From positions 68,221 through 132,220 of the forward strand of contig CALRAL010000002.1 of assembly GCA_943350875.1 (NCBI GenBank): DNA of 64,000 bases. Direction: 5' to 3'. The stretch comes from Candidatus Nomurabacteria bacterium. Its GTDB lineage: Bacteria; Patescibacteriota; Minisyncoccia; Phycocordibacterales; UBA9973. The translations under genes and the position numbers were made by a program. Below are positions 28,902 to 39,723 of this stretch, piece after piece. The notes beneath the pieces were generated by a model, which saw only the letters and a program-made list of their open reading frames with translations, was not told where the DNA came from and searched no databases. The number at the start of each line of letters is the position of its first letter. Within the stretch, counting starts at the first letter, position 1.

Positions 28902-28903
28902 TT

Positions 28904-29515
28904 ATGTTTAGATTTATTATACCAGCCATTTTAATAGGAGTTGCAATTGCTGGTTTTTTTATGTTTGCTAAACCTTTTTACGCTGATATAACTAATTTGA
29001 AAAATCAGGTGATTTCTTACAATGAAGCGCTTAATAATTCAAAAGCTCTTGAGAATGCCCGAGATGAATTGACCAAAAAATACAATTCTATCGACCCAGA
29101 GAATTTAGCCAAGATAGTCAAATTCTTACCGGACAACGTTGACAACGTGAGGCTCATTCTTGAAATACAAAATATAGCTTCACCATACGGCATGTTGATA
29201 AAAGATATAAAATATGACACAGCTGACAAAAATAATACTCAGAAATTAACTCCACTACAGTTGTCACAACAAGCCGACATAAAACAATCCTCCAAAGATT
29301 ATGGGACATGGAATCTAGAATTCTCTACAGAAGGTACTTATACCAACTTTTTAAATTTTATAAAAGACTTAGAGAAGAATCTACGAATTGTCGATGTATC
29401 TTCTATCGAGTTTTCTTCTGATCTAGATACAAGTAAAGGTAAGGGTGCTAGCCCTGCATCATCCGATTCTTACAAATATGCTTTTAAAATTAAAACTTAT
29501 TGGTTAAAAAATTAG
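28904..29515 (+). CDS. pilO: PilO-like pilus assembly protein
   Basis: N-terminal TM plus coiled coil; gene order. Confidence 0.45.
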   Translation: MFRFIIPAILIGVAIAGFFMFAKPFYADITNLKNQVISYNEALNNSKALENARDELTKKYNSIDPENLAKIVKFLPDNVDNVRLILEIQNIASPYGMLIKDIKYDTADKNNTQKLTPLQLSQQADIKQSSKDYGTWNLEFSTEGTYTNFLNFIKDLEKNLRIVDVSSIEFSSDLDTSKGKGASPASSDSYKYAFKIKTYWLKN

Positions 29516-29516
29516 C

Positions 29517-29984
29517 ATGGCAAAAAGTATAAAAAATATAATAATATCAGTAGTTATTGTAGCTATTTTAGTGGCGAGTTATATTTTCTTTATTAAAAAA
29601 GCTCCAGAACAAGCATCTCTCATTTCTTCCTCTGGTTCCATTTTACCTGGGGCAAATTCTACAACTACTTCCCCACAAGGTGTTCAAACGCAGGATTTTC
29701 TTTCTGTATTACTCAATGTTAAAAGTATAAAGTTGGACGATGCTATATTTTCTAAACCAGCTTTTCTTGCTTTACATGATTCTAGTATTTTACTCGTGCC
29801 TGATCAAAGTGCTGGCAGACCTAATCCTTTTGCTCCAATAGGTACTGACCCCGTTGTACCGCCCGTAGTACCTGTAGTCTCAGAAATTATTCCAGAAGCT
29901 CCTGTAGTCACCACTCCGATAAAATGCAAATTGCCAAAAGTAATAGATACCGAAACCAATACTTGTGTCAACCCAAAGCCTTAA
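29517..29984 (+). CDS. PilP-like/hypothetical pilus assembly protein (TM, Pro/Val-rich C-terminus with Cys pair)
   Basis: Gene order only. Confidence 0.3.
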   Translation: MAKSIKNIIISVVIVAILVASYIFFIKKAPEQASLISSSGSILPGANSTTTSPQGVQTQDFLSVLLNVKSIKLDDAIFSKPAFLALHDSSILLVPDQSAGRPNPFAPIGTDPVVPPVVPVVSEIIPEAPVVTTPIKCKLPKVIDTETNTCVNPKP

Positions 29985-29992
29985 TAAAGATA

Positions 29993-31746
29993 TGAGTTTT
30001 TTAGAAGAATTAGCTAAAAATGGCGTAATCGAAGAAAGCCAAATAGGAGAAGTAAAAAATCTTGCCAAGGAAAAGCACGAGGGTGATATTAATGATGCAC
30101 TTTTAGAGATGGGTATTGCTGAAGAAGTATTACTCTCCCAAAGAGGTGATTTTTTCAAAATACCAACTAGGAAAGTAGATGCCAAGAAGATATCTTTTGA
30201 TGCATTGAAATACATCTCAGAAGACTCAGCCACATATTATCATTTTGCGCCTTTTGGTTTGAAAGATGGAGTACTTGAGATAGGGGTGACGGATCCAGAA
30301 AATATCGGAGCTATGGATGCACTCCAATTTATCTCTGCTCAGATAGGTATTCCATTTAAGATTTTTCTTATATCAAAGACAGATTACAAAAATATCATGG
30401 AGAGTTATAAAGGCATATCAAATCAAATTGGTAGTGCTTTAGACGAGATAAATCAAGATACTAATGGAGACAGTAAAAGTTTAAACGATACCACGGATTT
30501 GAGTAAAGAAATCAAAGATGTAAAGCCAGGTGAAGAATCCAAAATAGTAGAAGATGCTCCAGTGATAAAAATTGTGGCGGTGGTGTTGAGGAATGCTATT
30601 GAAGGAAATGCTTCGGATATCCATATAGAAAATACTGGTGAAAAAGTAAAAGTGCGCTACCGTGTGGATGGGGTGCTTCATACTACGATAGTTTTACCTA
30701 CGAATGTTTACAGTGGAGTAGTGGCTCGTATTAAGATATTGTCCAAGCTTCGTCTAGATGAAAAGCGTAAGCCTCAAGACGGGTCTTTTTCTGCAAACAT
30801 CGATGGTAGGAAGATTGATTTTCGTGTTTCCACTATGCCTGCGTATTATGGTGAAAAAGTTGTAATGCGTATTTTGGATTCTGAAAAGGGAGTCAAACCA
30901 CTTGAAGAACTTGGTCTGTCAAAAAGGAATTTAAATTTAATCAAAGAGGCTCTAGCCAAACCTTACGGTCTGATTCTCATCACAGGGCCTACGGGTTCTG
31001 GTAAATCAACCACACTGTATTCTATGATGAATGGGCTCAATAAAGAAGAAAGCAACATCGTATCCCTCGAAGACCCAGTTGAATATCATATGCCAGATAT
31101 CAATCAATCTCAAATGATGCCGGAAATAGGTTATACTTTTGCTTCTGGACTCCGTTCGATACTCCGTCAAGACCCAGATGTGATCATGGTGGGGGAGATT
31201 CGTGATAAAGAGACGGCTCAGCTCGCCATCCAAGCTGCTTTGACTGGTCACCTAGTGTTTTCTACTCTCCATACAAACGATGCCATCGGAGCTATTCCTC
31301 GTCTGATAGACATGGGGGTGGATCCATACCTGATTGCTCCGACTTTGATTTTATCTGTGGCTCAACGTTTGGCCAAGATGACTTGTGCTTCATCAAAAAA
31401 GCTCGTGCCGATGGACGACAGCATTAAAATGCAATTAAAAGACCAGTTTAAAGACCTGCCAGAGGAATATAAGAAAGACATTATAGTTAAAAATGAAATG
31501 TATGAAACTGTGCCTTCTATGGAGTGTCCTTCTGGTACTCGTGGGCGTATCGCTGTCTATGAGATGTTTAAAATAGATAAAGAAATGCAAGCAGTTATCC
31601 TTAAAAACCCAATCAATTCCGAGATATACAAGACTGCGCGCAAGAGCGGTATGCTTATGATGAAAGAAGATGCTATACTTAAAGCAGTGGATGGAATTAT
31701 CCCATTTACCGAAGTTTATAATTTTAGTAGTAGTGAAACTGATTAA
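29993..31746 (+). CDS. pilB: type IV pilus assembly ATPase PilB (GspE family)
   Basis: N-terminal GSPII_E_N-like domain, Walker A ITGPTGSGKSTTLYS, Asp/His boxes, tetracysteine motif. Confidence 0.85.
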
Positions 31747-31798
31747 AATATTAACAATATTTTAATCAAAATAGTTTTATTATATAATAAAAAAATAT

Positions 31799-32206
31799 AT
31801 GGAAGGACAAAAAAAGAAAATTTTAATAGTAGACGATGATAGTTTTTTACTTGACATGTATGCTTTCAAGTTCAGTCAGAATGGATTTGAAGTTTACACG
31901 GCGCTCGATGGTTTGAAGTGTGTAGATAAATTAAAAGACGGATTGTCTCCCGACATCATCTTGATGGATTTGATTATGCCAGAGATGGATGGCTTTGAGA
32001 TGTTGGAGACAATAAACAAAGAGAATCTTTCTCCGAATTCTGTAAAGATAGTCTTGTCAAACAAGAGCCAACAGTCAGACATCGATCGTGGTAATGAGCT
32101 CGGAGTGTCTGGATATATAGTCAAGGCGAATTCCACTCCAGCCGAAGTTATCAGTCAGGTGGTAGATGTTTTGGCAAAGAAACTTGTAAACGGAGCTAAT
32201 AAATAA
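31799..32206 (+). CDS. single-domain response regulator (PilH-like REC)
   Basis: ILIVDDD...DLIMP...K receiver pattern. Confidence 0.7.
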   Translation: MEGQKKKILIVDDDSFLLDMYAFKFSQNGFEVYTALDGLKCVDKLKDGLSPDIILMDLIMPEMDGFEMLETINKENLSPNSVKIVLSNKSQQSDIDRGNELGVSGYIVKANSTPAEVISQVVDVLAKKLVNGANK

Positions 32207-32216
32207 TTATTTTAAT

Positions 32217-33275
32217 ATGGATTATAAGCAAAAATTGGAAGAGTTTATTTTAAGTGTTATTCACGAAAGTGGGTCTGATTTGCATTTGGGTGTAAGTAGA
32301 GTACCAGCTATCCGAGTGTCAGGAGAATTGATTTTTCTATTGAAAAATGAAGTTTTGACCAAAGAAGACATGCTGGGTTTCTTGTCCCAAGTCTTGGACA
32401 AGAAAAAAATAGATAAATTTATGGAAGATCAAGAGATTGATTTCTCTTACGATTTCCAAGGAGAGACGCGACTTCGGGGTAATGCATTTTTCTCCAAAGG
32501 TTTGATCAATATGGCTTTGCGTTTAGTACCAAAGGTGAAGACTTTAGACGAGCTTCATTTACCTCCGATTATTGCCGATATGACTCGCAAGAAGCAAGGT
32601 TTTTTCTTAGTCGTCGGTCCTGTTGGACAAGGTAAATCCACTACTTTATCTGCAATGGTGAATTTGATAAATAATGAACAAGCTAGGAACGTCGTGACGA
32701 TCGAAGATCCAATAGAATATGTTTATGTACCAAATAAATCCATTATTAGTCAGCGAGAAGTTGGTATTGATACAAAGGATTTCAATTCTGCTTTAAAATC
32801 TGTTTTTCGTCAAGATGTCAATGTTATAATGATAGGCGAAATGCGTACTCCAGAGAACATTGCTACAGCGGTGACGGCTGCCGAGACTGGACATTTGGTT
32901 CTTTCCACTTTACATACCAACAACGCTGCTCAAACTATAGACAGGATTATTGATGCTTTCCCGGGCAATCAGCAAGACCAGATCCGTTCTCAACTGGCCT
33001 CATCTTTGATCGGTGTTTTCTCTCAAAGATTGATTCCAAGGGTTGCAGGTGGACTTATTCCAGCCTATGAACTACTACTCAATAATAATGCAGTTTCCAA
33101 CCTTATTCGCGAGAAACGTACCCATGAGATAAATGTGGTGATAGAGACAGGTACTGAGTCTGGGATGGTGGACCTTAATCATTCACTTCTAGAGCTTGTG
33201 CGAACAGGAGAGATATCACTCGAGAGTGCTTACCAATATTCTATGAATCCCCAAGCTCTCCAAAAAATGTTGTAA
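32217..33275 (+). CDS. pilT: twitching-motility/retraction ATPase PilT
   Basis: Walker A VVGPVGQGKSTTLSAM; PilT-size (352 aa); AIRNLIRE-like motif NLIREKRTHEI. Confidence 0.8.
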   Translation: MDYKQKLEEFILSVIHESGSDLHLGVSRVPAIRVSGELIFLLKNEVLTKEDMLGFLSQVLDKKKIDKFMEDQEIDFSYDFQGETRLRGNAFFSKGLINMALRLVPKVKTLDELHLPPIIADMTRKKQGFFLVVGPVGQGKSTTLSAMVNLINNEQARNVVTIEDPIEYVYVPNKSIISQREVGIDTKDFNSALKSVFRQDVNVIMIGEMRTPENIATAVTAAETGHLVLSTLHTNNAAQTIDRIIDAFPGNQQDQIRSQLASSLIGVFSQRLIPRVAGGLIPAYELLLNNNAVSNLIREKRTHEINVVIETGTESGMVDLNHSLLELVRTGEISLESAYQYSMNPQALQKML

Positions 33276-33394
33276 TCCCGTACGAAGTCATTCAGTTAGT
33301 TAAAGTAGTAATAAGTGGTATAATGATTTATGTTTTATAGTCGTTATTAATAAAATTAATTATGGAAATCTACTGATTTCCTACTTCGTTCGGG

Positions 33395-34603
33395 ATGCTA
33401 TTTTCATACAAATCCGTAGATGACAAAGGAATAAAAAAGGAGGGAGAGATAGATGCTCCAAATAAAGACAGTGCCATCAGCGCTATCCAGAGGCGTGGGC
33501 TCATCATCACCTCTATTAAAGATATGGGAGATAATAAATCCATCTTCAGCATGTCTTTTTTTAATAAAGTAAAGATGAAAGAAGTGGTTATTCTCTCTAG
33601 GCAGATTTCTACCTTGTTTGAAGCGCAAGTTTCTGCTTTGAAAACTTTCACCATGCTTGCTTCTAGTTCTACGAACCCGCTTTTGCGTTATAAATTAAAC
33701 CAAGTTAGCGATGATTTGCAAGCAGGGCTATCCATCTCTGAAGCTCTTTCCAAGCATCCAGATGTATTTTCAGATTTTTATATCAATATGGTCAGGGTTG
33801 GGGAAGAGACTGGTAAATTGAATCAGACTTTTGCTCATTTGGCAGATTACCTCAATCGCCAATATGAACTTACCTCCAAGACTAAAAATGCTCTCATTTA
33901 TCCTATATTCGTCATTGTCACCTTTTTTGTAGTGATGGGACTGATGTTTGTAGTAGTTATTCCAAAGCTTTCTGCTATTATTCTAGATTCTGGACAAAAA
34001 CCGCCTGTTTATACCCAAGTCGTCATCGCTTTGTCTAGTTTCTTTGTGCATTACGGCTTCATTTTTATCATTTTCCTTATCCTTTTAGGTTTTTGGGTTT
34101 GGAGACTCTCTGCCACAGAGAAAGGCAAGATATATTTAGATAGGTTGAGTTTGTCTATCCCAGCTGTGGGTAGCCTTTACAAGAGACTATATCTTTCCCG
34201 TATTGCGGACAATATGAATACAATGTTAACCTCGGGTATTCAGATAGTGCGTGCGATAGAGATAACAGGGGCGGTAGTAGGTAGTAAAGTATATACAGAA
34301 ATTTTGAAAAATGCAGAAGACGGAGTCAAAGCCGGCTTGGCTTTTTCTACAACCCTAGAAAAGTACCCCGAAGAGATGCCGGGCATTATGGTGCAGATGG
34401 TAAAGGTGGGTGAGGAGACAGGGTCCCTGGGAGCAATTTTGAAGACTCTAGCAGAATTCTACAAACGTGAGGTGGATGACGCGATAGATACTTTAATAGG
34501 GCTTATTGAGCCGGTGATGATCATCGTGCTCGGTCTTGGCGTGGGTATTCTCCTAGTCTCAGTGCTGATGCCTATTTACAATATGGCAGGGAACATAAGT
34601 TAA
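33395..34603 (+). CDS. pilC: type IV pilus platform protein PilC (GspF family)
   Basis: Two T2SSF repeats, 3 TM segments, ~400 aa. Confidence 0.8.
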   Translation: MLFSYKSVDDKGIKKEGEIDAPNKDSAISAIQRRGLIITSIKDMGDNKSIFSMSFFNKVKMKEVVILSRQISTLFEAQVSALKTFTMLASSSTNPLLRYKLNQVSDDLQAGLSISEALSKHPDVFSDFYINMVRVGEETGKLNQTFAHLADYLNRQYELTSKTKNALIYPIFVIVTFFVVMGLMFVVVIPKLSAIILDSGQKPPVYTQVVIALSSFFVHYGFIFIIFLILLGFWVWRLSATEKGKIYLDRLSLSIPAVGSLYKRLYLSRIADNMNTMLTSGIQIVRAIEITGAVVGSKVYTEILKNAEDGVKAGLAFSTTLEKYPEEMPGIMVQMVKVGEETGSLGAILKTLAEFYKREVDDAIDTLIGLIEPVMIIVLGLGVGILLVSVLMPIYNMAGNIS

Positions 34604-34711
34604 AAAATTCAAACCCCTCCTGACCTCCCCTTGTCAGGGGAGGAAAAATATAAAAGTCCCCCTGACAAGGGGGATATAGGGGGTTGTATTCTAAATCTGT
34701 GCATAACTTTC

Positions 34712-34739
34712 TTGCCCTTATTTTTATTATGTTATAATT
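34712..34739 (+). promoter_or_regulatory. promoter TTGCCC-16-TATAAT upstream of pilA
   Basis: Sequence match to -35/-10 with 16-nt spacer. Confidence 0.35.
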
Positions 34740-34851
34740 ATCACATTAGAAAAGTATTTCAGCCAAAGGCTGATCCGCCTCGGGCGGAAAAAATTAAGTC
34801 GAAAAAATTATTATTAGCTTCCGCCATACGCGGATAAATTATAAATAAATT

Positions 34852-35295
34852 ATGAAGAATTTTAAAAAAGGTTTTACGTTAATCGAACTCTTGGTCGTTA
34901 TCGCTATCATTGGTATATTGGCTTCAGTTGTGTTGTCTTCCTTAAGCTCAGCTAGGAGTAAAGGTTATGATGCAAAGGTAAAAGCCCAACTTTCTGGAGT
35001 TAGAGCTGCTGCCGAAAATTATTACTCAACTGGTAATACTTATACTGCTTCAACAATGGCCGCACCAGCACTTCCTTGTACCGGTACAATGTTTATTGAT
35101 GCAGCTTCGGGAATGAGTGGGTATACAGGAACTGCAGCAGCATGGCCTACAGGTACATTGCTTAGTTGTCAAGCTACAGCTTCTGCTTATGCTGTAAGTG
35201 GTTCTCTTTCTTCAGGATTCTGGTGTGTTGACAGTGCGGGTAATTCAAAAAGTGAAGCTTCCAACTTGGGTTCTGGAGTGGTAGCTTGCCCATAA
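34852..35295 (+). CDS. pilA: type IV major pilin (prepilin)
   Basis: Class III leader KKGFTLIELLVVIAIIGILA (G/F cleavage site, E+5), C-terminal Cys pair. Confidence 0.85.
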   Translation: MKNFKKGFTLIELLVVIAIIGILASVVLSSLSSARSKGYDAKVKAQLSGVRAAAENYYSTGNTYTASTMAAPALPCTGTMFIDAASGMSGYTGTAAAWPTGTLLSCQATASAYAVSGSLSSGFWCVDSAGNSKSEASNLGSGVVACP

Positions 35296-35321
35296 TTTCC
35301 GTAAATATTCTTGTGAACACA

Positions 35322-35348
35322 AAAAACACCTCGAAAAGGTGTTTTTTG
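35322..35348 (+). terminator. rho-independent terminator after pilA
   Basis: AACACCTCGAAAAGGTGTT hairpin plus T-run. Confidence 0.55.
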
Positions 35349-35397
35349 TGTTATACTGTACAAGTAGTCTATATTATTAATATTAGAAAAATAAATT

Positions 35398-35604
35398 ATG
35401 AAGAATTTTAAAAAAGGTTTTACGTTAATCGAACTCTTGGTCGTTATCGCTATCATTGGTATATTGGCTTCAGTAATTCTTGCTATATCTAGTTCTTCTA
35501 GGAGTAAAGGTAATGATGCAAAGGTAATAACTCAAATAGTACAAATGGCCAGTCAAAGTTTTTTATTTAGTGGAACAACAGGGACTTCTTATGTATCAGT
35601 ATAG
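35398..35604 (+). pseudogene. truncated second pilin copy (first 26 aa identical to pilA, then diverges and stops at a REP element)
   Basis: MKNFKKGFTLIELLVVIAIIGILASV identical to the pilA N-terminus; the ORF ends exactly where the REP array begins. Confidence 0.5.
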
Positions 35605-35940
35605 CAAGAACCGTTCTTGCTACAGGAAGAAGTCATCCAAAAGATGGCTTTTTCTTTTTCCCCACGATAGCAAGAACCGTTCTTGCTACAAGAGTATAGC
35701 AAGAACCGTTCTAGTATAGCAAGAACCGTTCTTGCTACAGGAAGAAGTCATCCAAAAGAAGTATAGTATAGCAAGAACCGTTCTTGCTACAATCAAGAAA
35801 TCACCCCTCAAAGGGTGGTTTTTTGTATTGGGTGGGTTTTAGTATAGCAAGAACCGTTCTTGCTACAAGAAGAAGTCATCCAAAAGATGGCTTTTTCTTT
35901 TTCTACACGATAGCAAGAACCGTTCTTGCTACAAGTAATT
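35604..35940. repeat. array of ~8 REP-like palindromic units (TAGCAAGAACCGTTCTTGCTA) with repeated spacers (BIME-like)
   Basis: Palindromic 21-23-nt units at ~35605, 35667, 35694, 35713, 35767, 35847, 35918. Repeated inter-unit segment GGAAGAAGTCATCCAAAAGATGGCTTTTTCTTTTTC. Confidence 0.8.
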
Positions 35941-35960
35941 AAACTTGATATACTTTAACC

Positions 35961-36641
35961 ATGTTGCGCAAAGATCCATTTATAACAGGCGAGTATTATC
36001 ATCTATATAATAGAGGCATAGACAAAAGAGTAATTTTTAAATCAAAAAATGACTATGAAAGGTTCATTATGCTTTTGTATGTCGCGAATTCTAACAACAA
36101 ACAGCCTCTTCGTTTGGATAATTTAATTAATCATTCTCATAAGAATTTTAATGAGATTATGCTTTTAGATAAAGGTGAACCACTTGTTTCTATTGGAGCT
36201 TGGTGTCTGATGACTAACCATTTTCATTTATTAGTTCGACAAGAGGTTGATGGGGGAATTACAAAATTTATGAAAAAACTGGGTACTGGATATTCCATGT
36301 TTTTTAATATTAAATATCAAAGAAGTGGAGCTCTTTTTGGTGGTTTATTTAAATCAAAGTTGATTGGGAATGATGATAATTACATAAGACACTTACTGGG
36401 CTATATTCATCTAAATCCACTTGATATTAAATTCTCTGGTTGGGAAAAAATTATTGAGGAAGCATATTCAAAAGAATGGAAGGATTTTCTAGAGAATTAT
36501 CTATATTCAAGCTATAAGGATTATATTGGTGAAGATAGGGTGGAGAAGAATATTTTAGATATTAAGAATTTCCCTGATTATTTTAATGAAGAAAATTTGT
36601 TTGAAGATTTTATAGATAATTACTTAATGGAAACATTATAG
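35961..36641 (+). CDS. REP-associated tyrosine transposase (RAYT; IS200/IS605-like Y1 HUH transposase)
   Basis: HUH motif NHFHLLV and catalytic-Tyr motif GYIHLNPL; REP palindromes flank it on both sides (variant copy at 36644-36668). Confidence 0.7.
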   Translation: MLRKDPFITGEYYHLYNRGIDKRVIFKSKNDYERFIMLLYVANSNNKQPLRLDNLINHSHKNFNEIMLLDKGEPLVSIGAWCLMTNHFHLLVRQEVDGGITKFMKKLGTGYSMFFNIKYQRSGALFGGLFKSKLIGNDDNYIRHLLGYIHLNPLDIKFSGWEKIIEEAYSKEWKDFLENYLYSSYKDYIGEDRVEKNILDIKNFPDYFNEENLFEDFIDNYLMETL

Positions 36642-37102
36642 CACTATAGCAAGGACCGTCCTTGCTACAATCAAAGGTGTTTTTGTATTGGGTGCGTTTT
36701 GTGTTTTGTGGTATAATTAAATTATGTTAAATTCACTTATAAACCTAGAAGCTTTAGGAGAAATAAGTAAAGATTTAGGTCAGATTTTTTTCGCTTCAGT
36801 TTTTCTTACTAGTTTAATGGGGAATGTGATAGATTATTCCACTATCTTTACAGGACTGATTTTATCATTAGTTTTTTGGTCGTTTTATGTTATATCTAGG
36901 AAAAATATTAATAATTAATTCATGAATATAAATGTTATGATAAATATATATATACTCGGGGCTTTATTAGCTATTGCAATTATACTTTTAGCTATTTTTG
37001 CAAAAAAAAGATAATCGCTAGTTTCCAATGAAAAGGGATATTTTCTGATTGTTTTTGGATATGTTATAATATACCAGATTATTATTTAAACAATTTACAA
37101 AA

Positions 37103-37888
37103 ATGATCCCCATGCTCACTATCATCTTTTTCATTCTAGGGCTTATTATAGGTAGTTTTTTGAATGTCGTTATTTTAAGATACAACACTGGCAAATCTTT
37201 CCGCGGGCGTAGTGGATGTATGACTTGCAGGAATTTGCTTTCTTGGTATGAACTCATCCCACTTATTAGTTTTGTGGCTCTCGGTGGGAAATGTAAGAAT
37301 TGCAAAACTAAGATCTCTTTCCAATATCCTCTTGTGGAGCTCTCGATGGGGCTCATCTTTATGGGGCTCTTTCTGAAGTTCCAAGATCTTTTTTATTTTG
37401 ACACTTTGGCTTTCAGTTTTACTTATGGGTATTATGCAGTGATGTTTTCACTCCTGATGATCATCGCAGTGTATGACCTGAAGCATAAGATAATTCCTGA
37501 TTTACTTTCTTTCATCTTTGGCGCTTTGGCCTTTGTGGGGATGTTCTTCTTCAGTAGTAACGGCTATTATACACATATTCCAAATCTTTCTGATTTTTTA
37601 TCGGGGCTGGCTGTGGCTGTGCCTTTTTCACTATTTTGGTTCTTATCCAAAGGGGCTTGGATGGGCTTAGGGGATGCAAAGCTCTCTCTAGGGCTTGGTT
37701 GGTTCCTAGGGCTTTCTATGATGCTTTCAGGTGTAGTGGTAGCATTTTGGTCTGGAGCTATCATAGGCTTGGTGCTTATTTCTTTTTCAAAGATGCATGG
37801 CATGAAGAGTGAGATTCCTTTTGCTCCGTTTTTAGTTTTTGGTACAGTGATAGCTTTTCTTTTCGAACTGCATCTTTTCCCTTTTTAA
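37103..37888 (+). CDS. pilD: prepilin peptidase (A24 family) PilD
   Basis: N-terminal CxxC...CxxC zinc motif (CMTCRN...CKNCKT), two Asp catalytic regions, polytopic. Confidence 0.8.
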   Translation: MIPMLTIIFFILGLIIGSFLNVVILRYNTGKSFRGRSGCMTCRNLLSWYELIPLISFVALGGKCKNCKTKISFQYPLVELSMGLIFMGLFLKFQDLFYFDTLAFSFTYGYYAVMFSLLMIIAVYDLKHKIIPDLLSFIFGALAFVGMFFFSSNGYYTHIPNLSDFLSGLAVAVPFSLFWFLSKGAWMGLGDAKLSLGLGWFLGLSMMLSGVVVAFWSGAIIGLVLISFSKMHGMKSEIPFAPFLVFGTVIAFLFELHLFPF

Positions 37889-37891
37889 CTT

Positions 37892-38512
37892 ATGTTTGAA
37901 TTTGTGAAAAAAAAGAAAAAAAATGGTGGCATGACATATGTGGAGCTCATTGTAGTTCTCTCTATTTTTGGCATTATGAGTTCGATTGTGATGTTTAATT
38001 ACAATGATTTCCAAGCCAAAGTAGATATCAAGAATTTGGCGAACGACATCGCTCTTGAGATAGTCAAAGCCCAAAAGTCCGCCATGGGAGGTAAATTGCC
38101 ACCACAGGCACAGGTACAATATCTTCTTGCTAACAATCCAGATTGGAAACCATCCTATGGAGTTTATTTTGATACGTCATCTAGCGGTCAAAAAAGTTTT
38201 GATTATTTTGTTGATTTAGATGGTGATAAAGCACTAAATGATTTTTCTTGTTCTGGTAATAATGAATGTTTAGCTAAAATAGATATAACAAAAGGAAATT
38301 TTGTATCTAAAATTGAAGCTGTACCTTTTGCTCATATAGATAGATTAAGCATAATCTTCACAAGACCAGATTCAGGAGCAGTTTTTACAAAGTATGAAAG
38401 TGAAAATACAGTATTATCTAGTTCTTCTGTTCAAATTATTATTTCTTCCAAAGATGGATCAGCCAAGGCAAAAATAAATGTATATAGTTCTGGCAGAATT
38501 CAAATAAATTAA
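37892..38512 (+). CDS. minor pilin/pseudopilin (prepilin-type N-terminus)
   Basis: GGMTYVELIVVLSIFGIM leader-like hydrophobic N-terminus with E+5. Confidence 0.55.
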   Translation: MFEFVKKKKKNGGMTYVELIVVLSIFGIMSSIVMFNYNDFQAKVDIKNLANDIALEIVKAQKSAMGGKLPPQAQVQYLLANNPDWKPSYGVYFDTSSSGQKSFDYFVDLDGDKALNDFSCSGNNECLAKIDITKGNFVSKIEAVPFAHIDRLSIIFTRPDSGAVFTKYESENTVLSSSSVQIIISSKDGSAKAKINVYSSGRIQIN

Positions 38513-38515
38513 TTT

Positions 38516-39112
38516 ATGCAAAAAAAGTTTTTAAAAAATAAAAAGGATGGCTATACAATCATAGAAACTATGGTGGCTATTTCTGTATTTTTAATTGTTA
38601 TTACCATAGGTATGGGAGCACTTTTGAACACGAGTTCCTTGCATAATAAATCTAGCAATATGCGTTCTATTATGGATAGTTTGAGTTTCATGATGGATGA
38701 TATGTCGAAGAATTTAAGGACTGGATATAATTACCATTGCGGTAATGTGAGCGGTCCAAATTATCTTGCTCTAAATTGTAAAGATGGTAAAATGATTGTT
38801 TTTGAGTCTTCTAGCGGTAATCCAACAGATTCTACTGATCAATGGCTTTATTATATGATCAGTGGAAAAATATTAAAATCAACCAAAATAAGTGATCCTG
38901 ATACTTGGGTACAGTTAAATCCTAATGAAATAATTATTGATCTTGATAAATCTGGTTTTTTTGTCTTTGGTGCAGATGAATCACAGAGTGATGGTAAGCA
39001 ACCATTTGTAGTAATTCGATTATCCGGTACCATAAATTATAAAGGTGTTGGTACTCCTTTTTCTTTACAAACTTCAGTTTCACAGAGACAAAGAGATGTT
39101 TCTACCCCATAA
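38516..39112 (+). CDS. minor pilin (prepilin-type N-terminus)
   Basis: KDGYTIIETMVAISVFLIV N-terminus. Confidence 0.55.
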   Translation: MQKKFLKNKKDGYTIIETMVAISVFLIVITIGMGALLNTSSLHNKSSNMRSIMDSLSFMMDDMSKNLRTGYNYHCGNVSGPNYLALNCKDGKMIVFESSSGNPTDSTDQWLYYMISGKILKSTKISDPDTWVQLNPNEIIIDLDKSGFFVFGADESQSDGKQPFVVIRLSGTINYKGVGTPFSLQTSVSQRQRDVSTP

Positions 39113-39116
39113 AAAT

Positions 39117-39722
39117 ATGATTAAATTTGTTAAAAATAAAAAAGACTGGCAAGTCCTGAATTTATCTAAAGGATTTACTTTAATAGAGACACTTGTAGCT
39201 ATTTCTATTTTTTCTATTTCTATTTTGTCTATGATGTCTGTTTTATCCAGTGGTATTTCAAATACTGATTATGCCAAGAAGAAAATGATAGCCACCTATC
39301 TAGCTCAAGAGGGGATAGAATATATAAGAAATATGCGTGATACTTATGTGCTTTCTAGAACTACTAGCCAACAAGGCTGGATTGGTTTTCAATCCAAAAT
39401 TGATTTATCTTGCAAAAACAGTAATTTTTGTTATTTTGATGATGCTAAGTTTTTAACTTCAGGATTAATTTCAGATACAGATATATATAATTGTAATATC
39501 TTACCTGGTGGTCTGTGCATAAATTTATTTTATAATACTACTACAGGTCAATACGGTTATGATCAGATTAATGGAGTGGATTCTGGTTTTACTCGCTCAA
39601 TCAATGTAACTTTTCCTCTTGATGATAATGAAATAAAAGTTTATTCAAAAGTTTCATGGACCCAAGGTTCTGGTCCTCACAGCATCACTTTGACTGAGGA
39701 TTTATTTAATTGGGTAGAATAG
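39117..39722 (+). CDS. minor pilin (prepilin-type N-terminus)
   Basis: SKGFTLIETLVAISIFSISIL N-terminus; start taken at MIKFVKNKK. Confidence 0.55.
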   Translation: MIKFVKNKKDWQVLNLSKGFTLIETLVAISIFSISILSMMSVLSSGISNTDYAKKKMIATYLAQEGIEYIRNMRDTYVLSRTTSQQGWIGFQSKIDLSCKNSNFCYFDDAKFLTSGLISDTDIYNCNILPGGLCINLFYNTTTGQYGYDQINGVDSGFTRSINVTFPLDDNEIKVYSKVSWTQGSGPHSITLTEDLFNWVE

Positions 39723-39723
39723 A

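Noticed and set aside
34631-34837. 68-aa ORF between pilC and pilA
   Set aside because: It is composed almost entirely of the GC-rich palindromic elements and the pilA promoter region, so it is not considered coding.
35604-35940. Repeat array that superficially resembles a CRISPR array
   Set aside because: Units are full palindromes (REP-like), the spacers are themselves repeated and of variable length (17-55 nt), there are no cas genes, and a RAYT transposase is adjacent. Called a REP/BIME cluster instead.
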